Origin: a virus
DNA: 49,385 nt
Virus record (IMG/VR): IMGVR_UViG_3300025858_000002
Strand: one strand, 5' to 3'
Numbering within the stretch: the stretch's first letter is position 1; each line of letters begins with the position of its first letter. The notes under the pieces were generated by a model, which was not told the DNA's origin, made no database searches, and saw only the letters and a program-made list of their open reading frames with translations. Made by a program: the position numbers and the translations under genes. Positions 30,323-40,294 of the stretch are shown piece by piece.

Positions 30323-30814
30323 ATGGCTATTGTAAAAACTGATTTCTATACTCAGGATTTGAACCAATTTGCACCAAAACGTCTGCGTGGCGAATTGATG
30401 GATTGGGGTTTGAATGCTGAAGTAATGGAAGTACAAGTAGATGTTAGCGAAACAGGAACTGTTTACGCTGGCGATAAAGTAATGATTGTAGGTACATCTT
30501 CAGGCAAATTGAAAGTAGCATTGGCTGGTGACGGTGATGCAGGATATGGTTATGCAATCTATAACCCAAAGAAAGGTTCTTGGAAAGCTGGCGATAAATT
30601 GTCCATCTTACGCGATGGTGGTGTATTGAATTGTGTAACAGAAGATGCGATTTCTGCAGGTGCGGTTGTTTATTATGACCCAACTGATGGAAGCGTTACT
30701 ACCACAGAAACTGATGCAGTTATAGGTATTGCCCTTGCTGCAGTGTCAGCTACAACTGGTGGTATCTTAATCCCAGTAGAAATTGTTAAAGAATCAATAG
30801 TACCAACAATCTAA
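30323..30814 (+). CDS. Head-associated protein (decoration/scaffold candidate)
   Basis: Lies between the protease/scaffold and capsid genes. Confidence 0.4.
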   Translation: MAIVKTDFYTQDLNQFAPKRLRGELMDWGLNAEVMEVQVDVSETGTVYAGDKVMIVGTSSGKLKVALAGDGDAGYGYAIYNPKKGSWKAGDKLSILRDGGVLNCVTEDAISAGAVVYYDPTDGSVTTTETDAVIGIALAAVSATTGGILIPVEIVKESIVPTI

Positions 30815-30828
30815 AAAGGGGTTAATAA

Positions 30829-31845
30829 ATGAAATACTTAGTAAATGGCGTTGAAAAAGAACGCTCAGAATTATTTAACAGTGAGGAATTGGCTGTTATT
30901 GATCGTAACCAAGAGATATTGAATTCTACTGGTTATTCTGATATCGATTTGACATTACTGACTGTAATGGAACGTGATATTTCCCAACAGAAATTTTACA
31001 CTATCGATCCAGAAAAATTTGTTCCTTTTGATAAAACACAAGGTGGCTTTGCAGATTTCATTGCTGTCTTCCGTAACTATCAAAACATCGAAGGCGATAT
31101 CAATTCTTGGGAACGTGGTGTTGATGCAGATAATGCACGCCGTGGACAAGTTGGTGTTAAACTGGAAAAAGTTGCAGTATCTATCCATAACTTGGATAAG
31201 ATGGTTTCTTATTCTTTGTTTGAATTGCGTCAAGCACAAGCAACCGGAATTTGGAATATCGTTACAGAAAAAGAACGTGCTCGTAAACGCGACCACGACT
31301 TGGCTGTTCAGAAAGCTGTTTTGTTAGGCGACTCAGACCACAAAGGTTTGTTGAACCAAAGCGATGTTTATACAGATACAAGCATCCTGACAAAGAAAAT
31401 TTCTACAATGACTGCTACAGAATTTAAAACATTCTTGGCATCTGCATTTGGAAACTTCTTCAGCCGTACAGGAATGACTGCTATGCCTGATACATTGGCT
31501 ATACCAGTATCTGACTTTATGGGCTTGGGTGTTGCGGTTGATGAACAATATCCAGTATTCACAACTATGTTCCAACGTTTACAAGACGTTTTCCGTCAAG
31601 TAACTGGAAATGCAAAGGCAGAAATTATACCTTTGGCATATTGTGAAGACACATACAATGACGGTAGCTTCAAATATGTTCTGTACCGCAGAGACTTTGA
31701 TACATTGCGTATCTACAACCCATACGACTACCAAGTTGTACAAGGTGCCACAGTAGACGGAATGAACTATCAAAACACTGCTTGGTCACGAGTATCTGAT
31801 GTGTTCGTAAATCGTCCAAAAGAAATGTTGTATATGAGCTTCTAA
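30829..31845 (+). CDS. Major capsid protein
   Basis: 338 aa. Position, a strong SD, and a strong terminator downstream. Confidence 0.7.
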   Translation: MKYLVNGVEKERSELFNSEELAVIDRNQEILNSTGYSDIDLTLLTVMERDISQQKFYTIDPEKFVPFDKTQGGFADFIAVFRNYQNIEGDINSWERGVDADNARRGQVGVKLEKVAVSIHNLDKMVSYSLFELRQAQATGIWNIVTEKERARKRDHDLAVQKAVLLGDSDHKGLLNQSDVYTDTSILTKKISTMTATEFKTFLASAFGNFFSRTGMTAMPDTLAIPVSDFMGLGVAVDEQYPVFTTMFQRLQDVFRQVTGNAKAEIIPLAYCEDTYNDGSFKYVLYRRDFDTLRIYNPYDYQVVQGATVDGMNYQNTAWSRVSDVFVNRPKEMLYMSF

Positions 31846-31871
31846 TTGAAGTTTAACAACGAAAATGCCTT

Positions 31872-31906
31872 GGGGCGGGTTGAAATATGCCTGCCCCAAA
31901 TTTTTT
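31872..31906 (+). terminator. Rho-independent terminator after the capsid gene
   Basis: GGGGCGGG-UUGAAAUAUG-CCUGCCCC followed by AAAUUUUUU. Confidence 0.8.
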
Positions 31907-31918
31907 AGGAGTATTAAA

Positions 31919-32161
31919 ATGAGAATCAAAAATACTGGTAAAAACACTATCAATATTGCTCTAGGTAGAATTTCTATTTCATTGGCACCTGATGGTGTAT
32001 GTGTTATTCCAAATGAAGCATATTCTGCATTACACAAAGTTTTCCCTGCATTAGTTGAAGATATTATAGAAGATAAAGTTTCTGAAGTAATAGTATCTAA
32101 ACCTGTTAAGATTGAAAAACCTAAGGCTAAAGGAAAGAAAAATGCCAAGAGTAAGAAGTAA
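31919..32161 (+). CDS. Hypothetical protein with Lys-rich C-terminus
   Basis: ATG lies behind TAGGAG. Tail sequence KPKAKGKKNAKSKK. Confidence 0.5.
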   Translation: MRIKNTGKNTINIALGRISISLAPDGVCVIPNEAYSALHKVFPALVEDIIEDKVSEVIVSKPVKIEKPKAKGKKNAKSKK

Positions 32162-32357
32162 TACCACGGTATATTTGCCTAGTGGAGCTATTGCTCGTAA
32201 AGGCGAGATTAGTAATGTTACTGATTCGGATGTAAGGTTAATGATAAGATGCAAAATGGAGTTTAACCTTTTAGAGGATGAAGTAATTGAAGATATTAAA
32301 GTAGAACCTATTAAAGCTAAGAAAAAGAAGAAAAATGTTTCCGATAACAACGCCTGA
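32142..32357 (+). CDS. Hypothetical protein with Lys-rich C-terminus
   Basis: ATG 32142 (MPRVRSN...). Tail sequence KAKKKKKN. Confidence 0.45.
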   Translation: MPRVRSNTTVYLPSGAIARKGEISNVTDSDVRLMIRCKMEFNLLEDEVIEDIKVEPIKAKKKKKNVSDNNA

Positions 32358-33243
32358 GTTTAAGCTTTTCTTTTTAAGAGATAATGCTTTTGAATATCAA
32401 CCATATCCTACTTGGACTAAAACAGTTTGGGATACCAATGACATCTGTTTAGATTCTAATCTATTCTACAAATCATTAGTAGATTTAAATGCTTTAGAGC
32501 CAATTAACGATGATCCTTTGGACCCAAAATGGGTAGCATTGTGTTCAACCTATATATCAGGTAATACCTATTCCAAGGACGATGTAGTTTATTATAGTGG
32601 TAACTATTATGTAGCCTTGGAAAACACTAGTGAACCAGTAACCAATATGAATTACTGGCGTAAACTTACTACAACTATGTTGAACACATTGTTCCCAGAT
32701 TATCGTGTATGGGCAGCACCTACTGCATATAAAAGTGGTGATTCGGTTATTGCTATCATAAATTACAAAGTTGGTATATGGACATCTAATGCAGATGATA
32801 ATTATACAGATCCAGCAGTTAATCCTTTAATTCCTGATGCTGTAAATGAAACCAATTATTGGACTATAAGTGATGAAGAAATAGACTTTATTTTAGATTC
32901 TGATATAGATAGAGCTATGCAAGAAGCTTCCTTTAAGTTTAATCCATCATTGTTTTCTAGCGATAAGGGTAAAATGGTATTTTTATATCTGACTGCCTTC
33001 TTTCTAGTTTACGATAGATTGATGGGAAATGCTGGTATGAATGGTAATTCAGCTGCAGGTCCTGTAACTTATAGGTCTGTTGGTAAAATGAGTGTTTCCT
33101 ATATGGAATCTAAATTGTTTGAAAAGTATCCATCATATGAATTCTTATCAACCAATGATTATGGAAGAAAGGCATTTAATTTGATGTTGCCATTCTTACG
33201 TGGAAATGTTCAGGTTATAAGAGGTTCAGCAACACCGGAATAG
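32335..33243 (+). CDS. Head/neck structural protein with two CBM5/12-like motifs
   Basis: YISGNTYSKDDVVYYSGNYYVA and AYKSGDSVIAIINYKVGIW. Confidence 0.45.
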   Translation: MFPITTPEFKLFFLRDNAFEYQPYPTWTKTVWDTNDICLDSNLFYKSLVDLNALEPINDDPLDPKWVALCSTYISGNTYSKDDVVYYSGNYYVALENTSEPVTNMNYWRKLTTTMLNTLFPDYRVWAAPTAYKSGDSVIAIINYKVGIWTSNADDNYTDPAVNPLIPDAVNETNYWTISDEEIDFILDSDIDRAMQEASFKFNPSLFSSDKGKMVFLYLTAFFLVYDRLMGNAGMNGNSAAGPVTYRSVGKMSVSYMESKLFEKYPSYEFLSTNDYGRKAFNLMLPFLRGNVQVIRGSATPE

Positions 33244-33247
33244 TGTT

Positions 33248-33847
33248 ATGGCAGATTTGAATAAAATTGTTAGTGGTTATATAAAAGCTCGTCTGAATGC
33301 TGCTATTCTAGATAACGCATATGCTATGAGTAAAATGGCTGCGTGTGCTGGTATCAAAGGCAATGCTGAATTGATAAAAATAGGTAGAATAAACAATTAT
33401 GGTACTTATACTGCTGGTGCTAATAAGAGTACTCATATACCTGCTAGACCGTGGTTAGATGCAGGTGTAGGCGAATCTGATGCATTACCTAAATTTGAAA
33501 AGATGTATATAGGTAATCTTATGGGTGCTATAAATAGTAGTTTAAAAGATTCAAGATTTGCAGGAATAAAGGTAACAGAATACACAACAAAAGAAGGTAC
33601 TCTTGGAACAACAACAGCACGTGTACAACCAAGATTCACATCTGTTCAAGGTATAGGACCAAGTAGAATAATGATGAGAATAGCGAAGGCTATGTTTGAG
33701 AATCAGAAATCTTATATAAGTGATTCGCAAGGGGATAAAAATAAACCATCAACTATAGAGAGAAAGGGATTTGATCATCCACTATATAAAGATGGTAAAT
33801 TGTTAAATGCTATAACTTATTGGGTACAAGATGAAAGCAACGGCTAA
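33248..33847 (+). CDS. Head-tail joining/morphogenesis protein (by position)
   Basis: ORF track. Lies in the late operon. Confidence 0.4.
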   Translation: MADLNKIVSGYIKARLNAAILDNAYAMSKMAACAGIKGNAELIKIGRINNYGTYTAGANKSTHIPARPWLDAGVGESDALPKFEKMYIGNLMGAINSSLKDSRFAGIKVTEYTTKEGTLGTTTARVQPRFTSVQGIGPSRIMMRIAKAMFENQKSYISDSQGDKNKPSTIERKGFDHPLYKDGKLLNAITYWVQDESNG

Positions 33848-34028
33848 AATAGATATAGATTTCGTTGAAGAAACAGTATATGATGGAGAAGGGTTTTATA
33901 AAAGAGTAAAACCTAATGTAACCGTTGAACCTATAGGAATTAGTGGTACTGTTAATGAAGACTTTTCAAAAGCAATTAAAGCCTTCAACAAGAGAAACAA
34001 GACCAAGTTTAAATTAAAAATAGGATAA
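33831..34028 (+). CDS. Hypothetical structural-module protein
   Basis: ORF track. Confidence 0.4.
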   Translation: MKATAKIDIDFVEETVYDGEGFYKRVKPNVTVEPIGISGTVNEDFSKAIKAFNKRNKTKFKLKIG

Positions 34029-34030
34029 GT

Positions 34031-34432
34031 ATGTCTAGTTTTTTTGCTGATGCTCTTGGTGATAGTTTGATAGGTGCTGGACAAGTTAAGCTTGTAGCTC
34101 GCACTACTTTATATGTAGATGGCTTCAGTACACATACAGAAACTATAACAAAATTTACTGCACAAAAATCATTCCAACCTTTAACACCAGACGAAGCCTT
34201 TGCATTAGGTTTTGGTGATTATGGTACTAATGAATTTATCACATTGATTTCACTTAAAAAGATTCCAATGCCATCAGGTACAGGAGCAACAACTGTTGTG
34301 AGATTTAATAACAAAGATTGGTATGTAAGAAAAGTACTTCCTTGGGTATGGGATGAAGGCACTCCATTTGCACAAGGTTATTATGAAGTAATAATGTCCA
34401 GATTTGAAGAAACAAAGGTAAATCCAAATTGA
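34031..34432 (+). CDS. Head-tail adaptor/tail completion candidate
   Basis: ORF track and position. Confidence 0.4.
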   Translation: MSSFFADALGDSLIGAGQVKLVARTTLYVDGFSTHTETITKFTAQKSFQPLTPDEAFALGFGDYGTNEFITLISLKKIPMPSGTGATTVVRFNNKDWYVRKVLPWVWDEGTPFAQGYYEVIMSRFEETKVNPN

Positions 34433-35016
34433 TACAGTATAAAGTAATAGAAAAATATTTATCGAATATGTTTGTTGCTTTGTTAGGCGATCAAGCTGAA
34501 AGCTTTGGGTTTTCTACAGACTCAAATGTAAGATGTATAGCTGACAGACAAAATAAGAGTCCTATGCCTACAGCTGCTACAGTTCTCTATTTCAGAATAG
34601 ATGATTATGATAACTGGAGAGTACAGAGATATGGACGTGGAACTATAACATACGATGCACAAGGCAATGAATATATAGGCGAACAACGAACATTTAAATG
34701 TGTTGTAAATATCTTGTCAAAGAATCTTGGAGATGCATTCGATGCAACACGCTTCTTAATTGCAAATCTTCAAAACAATCGGTATAATACTTATGTAAGC
34801 GATAACGGAAGATTGCTGGGTATTGAACAGATTTATAAGATGAAAAACTTATCTGATCTAGAGAACGGTACTTGGACAGAAAGAATACAATTTGAAATTC
34901 AAATGAATTTCAGAGAGGCAATAGAAGTGAAAGATACACAAATGTTTGTTAAAAAGCCTGAAACACCGGCAGATTTAGCACTAAGTGTAGATATGAATAT
35001 AAATTTAGAAAAATAG
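34429..35016 (+). CDS. Tail terminator/neck candidate
   Basis: ORF track. TTG start overlaps the upstream stop. Confidence 0.4.
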   Translation: MIQYKVIEKYLSNMFVALLGDQAESFGFSTDSNVRCIADRQNKSPMPTAATVLYFRIDDYDNWRVQRYGRGTITYDAQGNEYIGEQRTFKCVVNILSKNLGDAFDATRFLIANLQNNRYNTYVSDNGRLLGIEQIYKMKNLSDLENGTWTERIQFEIQMNFREAIEVKDTQMFVKKPETPADLALSVDMNINLEK

Positions 35017-35025
35017 GAGTAATAA

Positions 35026-36177
35026 ATGACAAATGTTATTAACATACGCAATTTCGTTGATGTATCTACTAGTGTAGTTCAAACATCAGCTAATGTTGCT
35101 AGAGATTGGGGTGCTGCCTTATTTGTGCAAAAAGGTACAAACGGACAGACAACCGCCTTGACTCAATATGACGATCTTGAAGCTGTTGTTAATGGTGCTG
35201 GTTCTAATTCTGAAGCTGCTAAGTTTGCGACACAGTTTTATGGAACAACTTATAATGGTATTGCACCAACGTCTTCTTTCTGGGTAGCAATTATAGGTGC
35301 AGAAGATGTAGATGAATTTAATACTAATTTTACTGCATTGATGGCTAGTGAAGATTATTACTTGATTGGTGTAGATACTAATTTCACTACAGATGCTAAG
35401 AAAAGTGCAGCAGCTATTGTACAAGCTACACAAGCTAATGCTACTCATAAATTGTTCTTAGATGATGCATCAGCAGAAGCTGCTAATTTGGATCTGGAAC
35501 ACGATACTGCATCTATTAGTGCATATTGCAAGAATAACGGTTATACAGCTACATTTGCTATTTGGGTTAACCCAACTAACACTGTTAAGTATTACAGTGC
35601 TGCGGCAGCTAGCTTTTTCTCAACAAGACAGTTTAATACCACAGACCGCAAAATGGCATCTATTGCCCATAAAGCAGCACAAGGTATTAGTCCTGTTGAT
35701 TTGACCGATACTAATGTAACAGTAAGTCCGTCACAAGCTTTTGCTAATTTGGACGAAAAACATACCAATTTGTATGCTAACATTAAGATTGTTGGTTTGC
35801 CAGCTTGGGAACGTGGAAACGTTGGTTCAGGCGATGATTTAAGCGATTATATCTCTGCTGACTATTTGAACTATGTTGTAACAATGTCGGTATTTAACTT
35901 GCTGCAAACAACCCCAAGAGTTCCAATGAACAACGATGGTGCAGTTATGTTGGCTGGTGCAATCGAAACAGGATTTGTTCGTTTGTCTAACGCAGGCGTA
36001 ATAGCCGGTGGCGTATCACTGGATGGCGAATCATTCCCACAAACAGGTTACAAGATTTCGATTCCAATCCCAACAGGAATTGCCAAAGCAAACGGTCTTT
36101 GGGAAGATATAGATTGCCGTGCCTTGTTAGCAGGTTCTGCTAAGAAAGTTGTCATAGGAAATACTTTGAAGAAGTAA
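35026..36177 (+). CDS. Tail sheath protein
   Basis: 383 aa, immediately upstream of the tube, chaperone and tape-measure genes. Confidence 0.6.
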   Translation: MTNVINIRNFVDVSTSVVQTSANVARDWGAALFVQKGTNGQTTALTQYDDLEAVVNGAGSNSEAAKFATQFYGTTYNGIAPTSSFWVAIIGAEDVDEFNTNFTALMASEDYYLIGVDTNFTTDAKKSAAAIVQATQANATHKLFLDDASAEAANLDLEHDTASISAYCKNNGYTATFAIWVNPTNTVKYYSAAAASFFSTRQFNTTDRKMASIAHKAAQGISPVDLTDTNVTVSPSQAFANLDEKHTNLYANIKIVGLPAWERGNVGSGDDLSDYISADYLNYVVTMSVFNLLQTTPRVPMNNDGAVMLAGAIETGFVRLSNAGVIAGGVSLDGESFPQTGYKISIPIPTGIAKANGLWEDIDCRALLAGSAKKVVIGNTLKK

Positions 36178-36307
36178 AACAATGACAAGAAAGAGTAATG
36201 AATATTATGGTAAGAAATATTGGCGATGGGCTACACCATTAGAACAAAGTAGAAATAGAGATTACTGTAAAAACAAATTTGGAAAAAAATAAACAAGGAG
36301 TTAAAAA

Positions 36308-36907
36308 ATGGCATTTGATGGAGCATTTAATGATATAGGTCTGGTGGACTTCGAAATCCGCACACCTATGGGAACATTATCAGCTAAGAATCTTGGTCCT
36401 AATGACGTAACTATTCTTTTGCAACCAGGTAATAACGGAAACGTTATGGAAGTTGTAGAAGGTTCAACTGGACAATTGTTAGCTAATAAGTCGTATAAAG
36501 TAAAGAACTGGTCTGTAACATTGAGATTGTTAAGACATTCATTAGATTTCTGTAAAGGAACATATCTGATTCAAGAAATTCTGAATGGTCACATTACAAT
36601 GGTATCTTTGAAATACAGAAACCGTAACTTTGGTTCTTCTGCTAATCGTGGTGGCGTAGACGTTTTCAATGAACAGTTAACAGCTGGACAAGCATTTTTG
36701 GTAAACTTTGCTGGTTTGGAAGCTGGTTCTGGTGCAAGTGGTGACTTTGAAATTACATTCAAAACATCAGGTGCTATTTACGAATCAGGTGCTTACCAGT
36801 CTTGGAGCAATCAATATGCACCAGAAGTTATGCAAGATCGTTCAGGCGATATACAATACACTGGTAACATTGATGATTATACAAACACTACGAAAGTAGC
36901 TATATAA
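36308..36907 (+). CDS. Tail tube protein
   Basis: Lies between the sheath and chaperone genes. Confidence 0.55.
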   Translation: MAFDGAFNDIGLVDFEIRTPMGTLSAKNLGPNDVTILLQPGNNGNVMEVVEGSTGQLLANKSYKVKNWSVTLRLLRHSLDFCKGTYLIQEILNGHITMVSLKYRNRNFGSSANRGGVDVFNEQLTAGQAFLVNFAGLEAGSGASGDFEITFKTSGAIYESGAYQSWSNQYAPEVMQDRSGDIQYTGNIDDYTNTTKVAI

Positions 36908-36921
36908 GGAAAGGAAAAAGA

Positions 36922-37323
36922 ATGACGAAAATTATTGAAGAATATAAAGAAATAGTGGACAAGCAAGTAAAGATTGCTCAAGAAAGCGGTGATATTCCAA
37001 GTGATTATGTTTACAGCTTTAATGAAAAGACTTGGTTGTTAACATTACCACAATCGGTTATGGCACAAAAACGTTTACTATTTCTTATGACAACATATCT
37101 TAACGATCCTACATTTGATAATGATGAAAAATTGTTAAGAGAAGTAGCCAAGCAGACCAAGGTAAATGGTGCGGCAGTAAATATAGAACAGCTTGAACTT
37201 GGTGAGATAGAAGTATTAAAAACTGCATATATGGATGGACTTTTACTCCCTTTATTCCGCGGGGGCGAAAAGGCGATCGAGAAATTTATGCAAGCGACAG
37301 TACAGATACTAGGTCAAAAGTAA
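36922..37323 (+). CDS. Tail assembly chaperone (G-like)
   Basis: Lies directly before the tape-measure gene. A -1 frame extension lies downstream. Confidence 0.6.
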   Translation: MTKIIEEYKEIVDKQVKIAQESGDIPSDYVYSFNEKTWLLTLPQSVMAQKRLLFLMTTYLNDPTFDNDEKLLREVAKQTKVNGAAVNIEQLELGEIEVLKTAYMDGLLLPLFRGGEKAIEKFMQATVQILGQK

Positions 37324-37520
37324 CGCCCCCCAAAAGTCTTGATTGGTTATTCCTTAACCCTGTTCTAGAGGGCTACATATCATATGCGGATCTTAAAAAT
37401 GGCACTCTTAACTTATATGATCTATTAGTCTTGAATGACCTGATAGAATACAAATATAACTTAGAAGAAGAAAAGAAACGTAAAATTGAAAGAGCGAGAA
37501 AACTAGCAAATGGCACGTAG
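37254..37520 (+). CDS. -1 frameshift extension of the tail chaperone (GT-like product)
   Basis: The -1 frame is open from 37206 to TAG at 37518-37520 and has no in-frame ATG. Slippery heptamer C_CCT_TTA lies at 37248-37254 in the zero frame. Confidence 0.5.
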   Translation: MPRGRKGDREIYASDSTDTRSKVTPPKSLDWLFLNPVLEGYISYADLKNGTLNLYDLLVLNDLIEYKYNLEEEKKRKIERARKLANGT

Positions 37521-39132
37521 ATCAGAAGTTATTGAATTAGCAGCAGATTTAAATGTTGAGAACATTACTGGCTTAGATAAGCTGCAAAAGATGTTAGATA
37601 AGCTACCAAAGTTCGATGCTAGAAAAGCTGGTCTCGAAGTTACTGGTGGTGCTAAATCATACACACAGTTCTTACAACAACAAAGAGTAGCTGGTTATGG
37701 AATGGCTCAAGCTAATAGCGATTTAGCAAGCCTTGCCAGAGAAATGACAGCTAGAAACGTTAAAGACCCTATCAGTGGTGTTACGCAGCGTACATACGGA
37801 ACATTAAGTAGACAGCAAAAGAACGTTATTCAGAACATTGGTGCTACTTATGATGATATTATAGCTGATGCTAGAAGTAAGATTTTAGAGAAAAGAAGAG
37901 AAGATAAATCATTAAATAGAGCTTCTGAATCTGAATTAAATAGACGTAATGCTTTAGAAAGACAAATAAACTACGCTGAAAAGTGGTTAAAAGATAATCC
38001 TAATGCTCCTGCCAATGCTAGACGTTTGATGGCTGCTAGGGGTTCTACTTTAGCTGGTTATGCTATAGGACAACAAAGTGAATTTCTAGATACTAAAAAT
38101 ATGCAAAATCTTTCACAAATGAAAGACACATTTGATAGTATCAAAAAGAATACTGAAGCCACTTCAGTAAATACTGGTAAAAATGGTTGGTTATCTACTA
38201 TCTTAGAAGTTGGTGCATTGAATAGAGTTGGGGGTTGGGCTTCCAGTTCTAATGGTGCAACTATGGCTGTTAACGATTTATTACAAGGTGGTTACGGTTT
38301 TGGTAGTCAAATAGCTAAAACTGCTACGTCTGCATTTACAACTGCTGTAGGGGCTACTATAGCTGCTGTAACTGGTGTTGCATATGTTGGTATGAAAGTT
38401 GCAAATGCAAATCAACAGGATGCATTAAATACCTGGCAGGCTATGCAATACGGTAATTTTGCAAATTCTAATTATCAAAGTTTAGCATCTAAAACTGGAT
38501 TAGCTACTAAAGAACAATTATTTCAAGAATCTCAAAAAGCAGCTGGTTTTGAAGGCAGAGCTGCATTCGGTGCAGTATCTGAATCCGAATATACTGGTTT
38601 AAGTATGTTGCCAAATTATTGGAATGCTATGATGGCAGGTTTGAGTGAAAATGAAAGAATGAAAGCACTTAAAAGTGATATAAGTACTTTACCACCGTCA
38701 TATGCAATGCAAGCTATGAATATGGCTGGGATTCCAGATAACTTTAGAGCGTATGTTAATTCTTCAGCATTTAAAGAAATTAGTGCTAATAAAACTATAG
38801 ATAGACAAGAAGAGTTTGATAGAAGTGTTGCAGAGAGAGGAACACAAGCGTATTTTAATAAAGAAGAAAGAAATTATTGGTTAGGTCGTTTTAGAAGAAA
38901 TAGCACATTATTGGGTGCAAATGAAACAAGTGGTTTTGGACTTTTAGCACCATTGGTAAATGCATTAAGTGGTTATGGATGGAATGGTACAGCTGGTGTT
39001 ATGGGTAATGATAAGAATAATGGAGATATAAATTTAACAGTTAATGTTGATGGAGAACAAAGAGCAAAAATACAAGCTACAAAAGAAGACGCTGTTAATA
39101 GAAACTTTATATTTACTGCTGGAGCACAATAA
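37510..39132 (+). CDS. Tape measure protein
   Basis: 540 aa, helical with Ala/Gly-rich hydrophobic segments, in the expected position. Confidence 0.75.
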   Translation: MARRSEVIELAADLNVENITGLDKLQKMLDKLPKFDARKAGLEVTGGAKSYTQFLQQQRVAGYGMAQANSDLASLAREMTARNVKDPISGVTQRTYGTLSRQQKNVIQNIGATYDDIIADARSKILEKRREDKSLNRASESELNRRNALERQINYAEKWLKDNPNAPANARRLMAARGSTLAGYAIGQQSEFLDTKNMQNLSQMKDTFDSIKKNTEATSVNTGKNGWLSTILEVGALNRVGGWASSSNGATMAVNDLLQGGYGFGSQIAKTATSAFTTAVGATIAAVTGVAYVGMKVANANQQDALNTWQAMQYGNFANSNYQSLASKTGLATKEQLFQESQKAAGFEGRAAFGAVSESEYTGLSMLPNYWNAMMAGLSENERMKALKSDISTLPPSYAMQAMNMAGIPDNFRAYVNSSAFKEISANKTIDRQEEFDRSVAERGTQAYFNKEERNYWLGRFRRNSTLLGANETSGFGLLAPLVNALSGYGWNGTAGVMGNDKNNGDINLTVNVDGEQRAKIQATKEDAVNRNFIFTAGAQ

Positions 39133-40013
39133 TGAGTTTAACACCTTACATACATCCTAGTACATTAACAGGCAACTTACAAACAGGTGCGTTGCTTGGA
39201 AATGCTTTATTCCCAAATGAATCTGGTTACGATAAAAGAGAACAAACAACTAGAGATACAATATCTAATATAAGCACCGGTGTTAAAGAATGGTCAGATG
39301 AAATATCAAATAGTCTAGGATTCAGATCTCCTATGTATAAGATAGGTCAAATAGCTGCATCTGACTCACTGATGACTAAAGGTGTATCTAAATATATACC
39401 AGATGCAGTTAAGGGTATGGTTAGAGCCGTATCTAATACTATCAATGGTGTTGAACAAGAAGGTATTATAATTGATGGTATTGGTATCGTAAGTGCTGAA
39501 ATAGCAGTTGATATGCCAAGCAATTCTATCCTTTATAGGTCTAATAGAATTATTGATCAAAGAGTAAGAACACCTAATATTGTTAAAATGCAAGTATTTG
39601 TATCTAATTACTTAAATGATGATATAGTTGGAACATTGATAGATTCTGTTGCTAATGTAGATCCCACAGGGATTCTATCACAAGCTAAGAATATGTTTCT
39701 TAATGATGGTAATACTCGTGGTCAGCAAGCACTTTATAAATTACGTTACTTACAAGAGAATGGTAAACCGTTTAGAGTATATACGCCACACGGGTTTTAT
39801 GAGAATATGTTAATTAAAGCGATAAGACCAGTAACTAATGATAAAACAATGGATATGTTATATTGTGAAGTTGAGTTTACTGAAATATTATTCTACTCTC
39901 CATTAGGTAGTGGTTATGATAAAATTCCAGCTAGACAAAATGTTGTAACCACTGGAAGCACATTAAGTGGTTGGACAAAGAAAGCTATTAGCAAAGTATC
40001 AGGATGGTTATAA
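39132..40013 (+). CDS. Distal tail/baseplate protein
   Basis: Position after the tape-measure gene. Confidence 0.4.
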   Translation: MSLTPYIHPSTLTGNLQTGALLGNALFPNESGYDKREQTTRDTISNISTGVKEWSDEISNSLGFRSPMYKIGQIAASDSLMTKGVSKYIPDAVKGMVRAVSNTINGVEQEGIIIDGIGIVSAEIAVDMPSNSILYRSNRIIDQRVRTPNIVKMQVFVSNYLNDDIVGTLIDSVANVDPTGILSQAKNMFLNDGNTRGQQALYKLRYLQENGKPFRVYTPHGFYENMLIKAIRPVTNDKTMDMLYCEVEFTEILFYSPLGSGYDKIPARQNVVTTGSTLSGWTKKAISKVSGWL

Positions 40014-40294
40014 TGAATGAACTACTCGTATCTCCGGAAGAACAAGTTATTGCATTAAGCGATGGTTATTCTGCACAAATATTATTTGACCCTTTTTATA
40101 AACGTTGGTATTATAACTTATTAAAGGATGATGAAATTCTTTATGCAGGTATTGCATTGACTGTTGATACTAGACCACTTTATAAAGTAACAGGGTATTA
40201 TCTTGGTATAATTGATAAAGTCTCAGATAATACATTCTATGAACCTTTTTCTGAGCTTGGTGGAAGACTTGGACTATTAGAGATAACAGAATGA
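40013..40294 (+). CDS. Small baseplate-module protein
   Basis: TAATG junction start. The ORF-track alternative is 40004. Confidence 0.4.
   Translation: MNELLVSPEEQVIALSDGYSAQILFDPFYKRWYYNLLKDDEILYAGIALTVDTRPLYKVTGYYLGIIDKVSDNTFYEPFSELGGRLGLLEITE

Noticed and set aside
31872-31897. Similarity of the capsid terminator stem (CCUGCCCC) to the tRNA-Tyr acceptor strand (CCUGCCC).
   Set aside because: The hairpin is followed by a U tract and has no ACCA. It is a conventional intrinsic terminator, and the 7-nt similarity is most simply coincidence.
36182-36292. A 36-codon ORF (MTRKSNEYYGKKYWRWATPLEQSRNRDYCKNKFGKK) between the sheath and tube genes.
   Set aside because: It has no convincing SD and is very short and basic. 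It may be real, but the sequence alone does not support it, so it is not listed as a feature.
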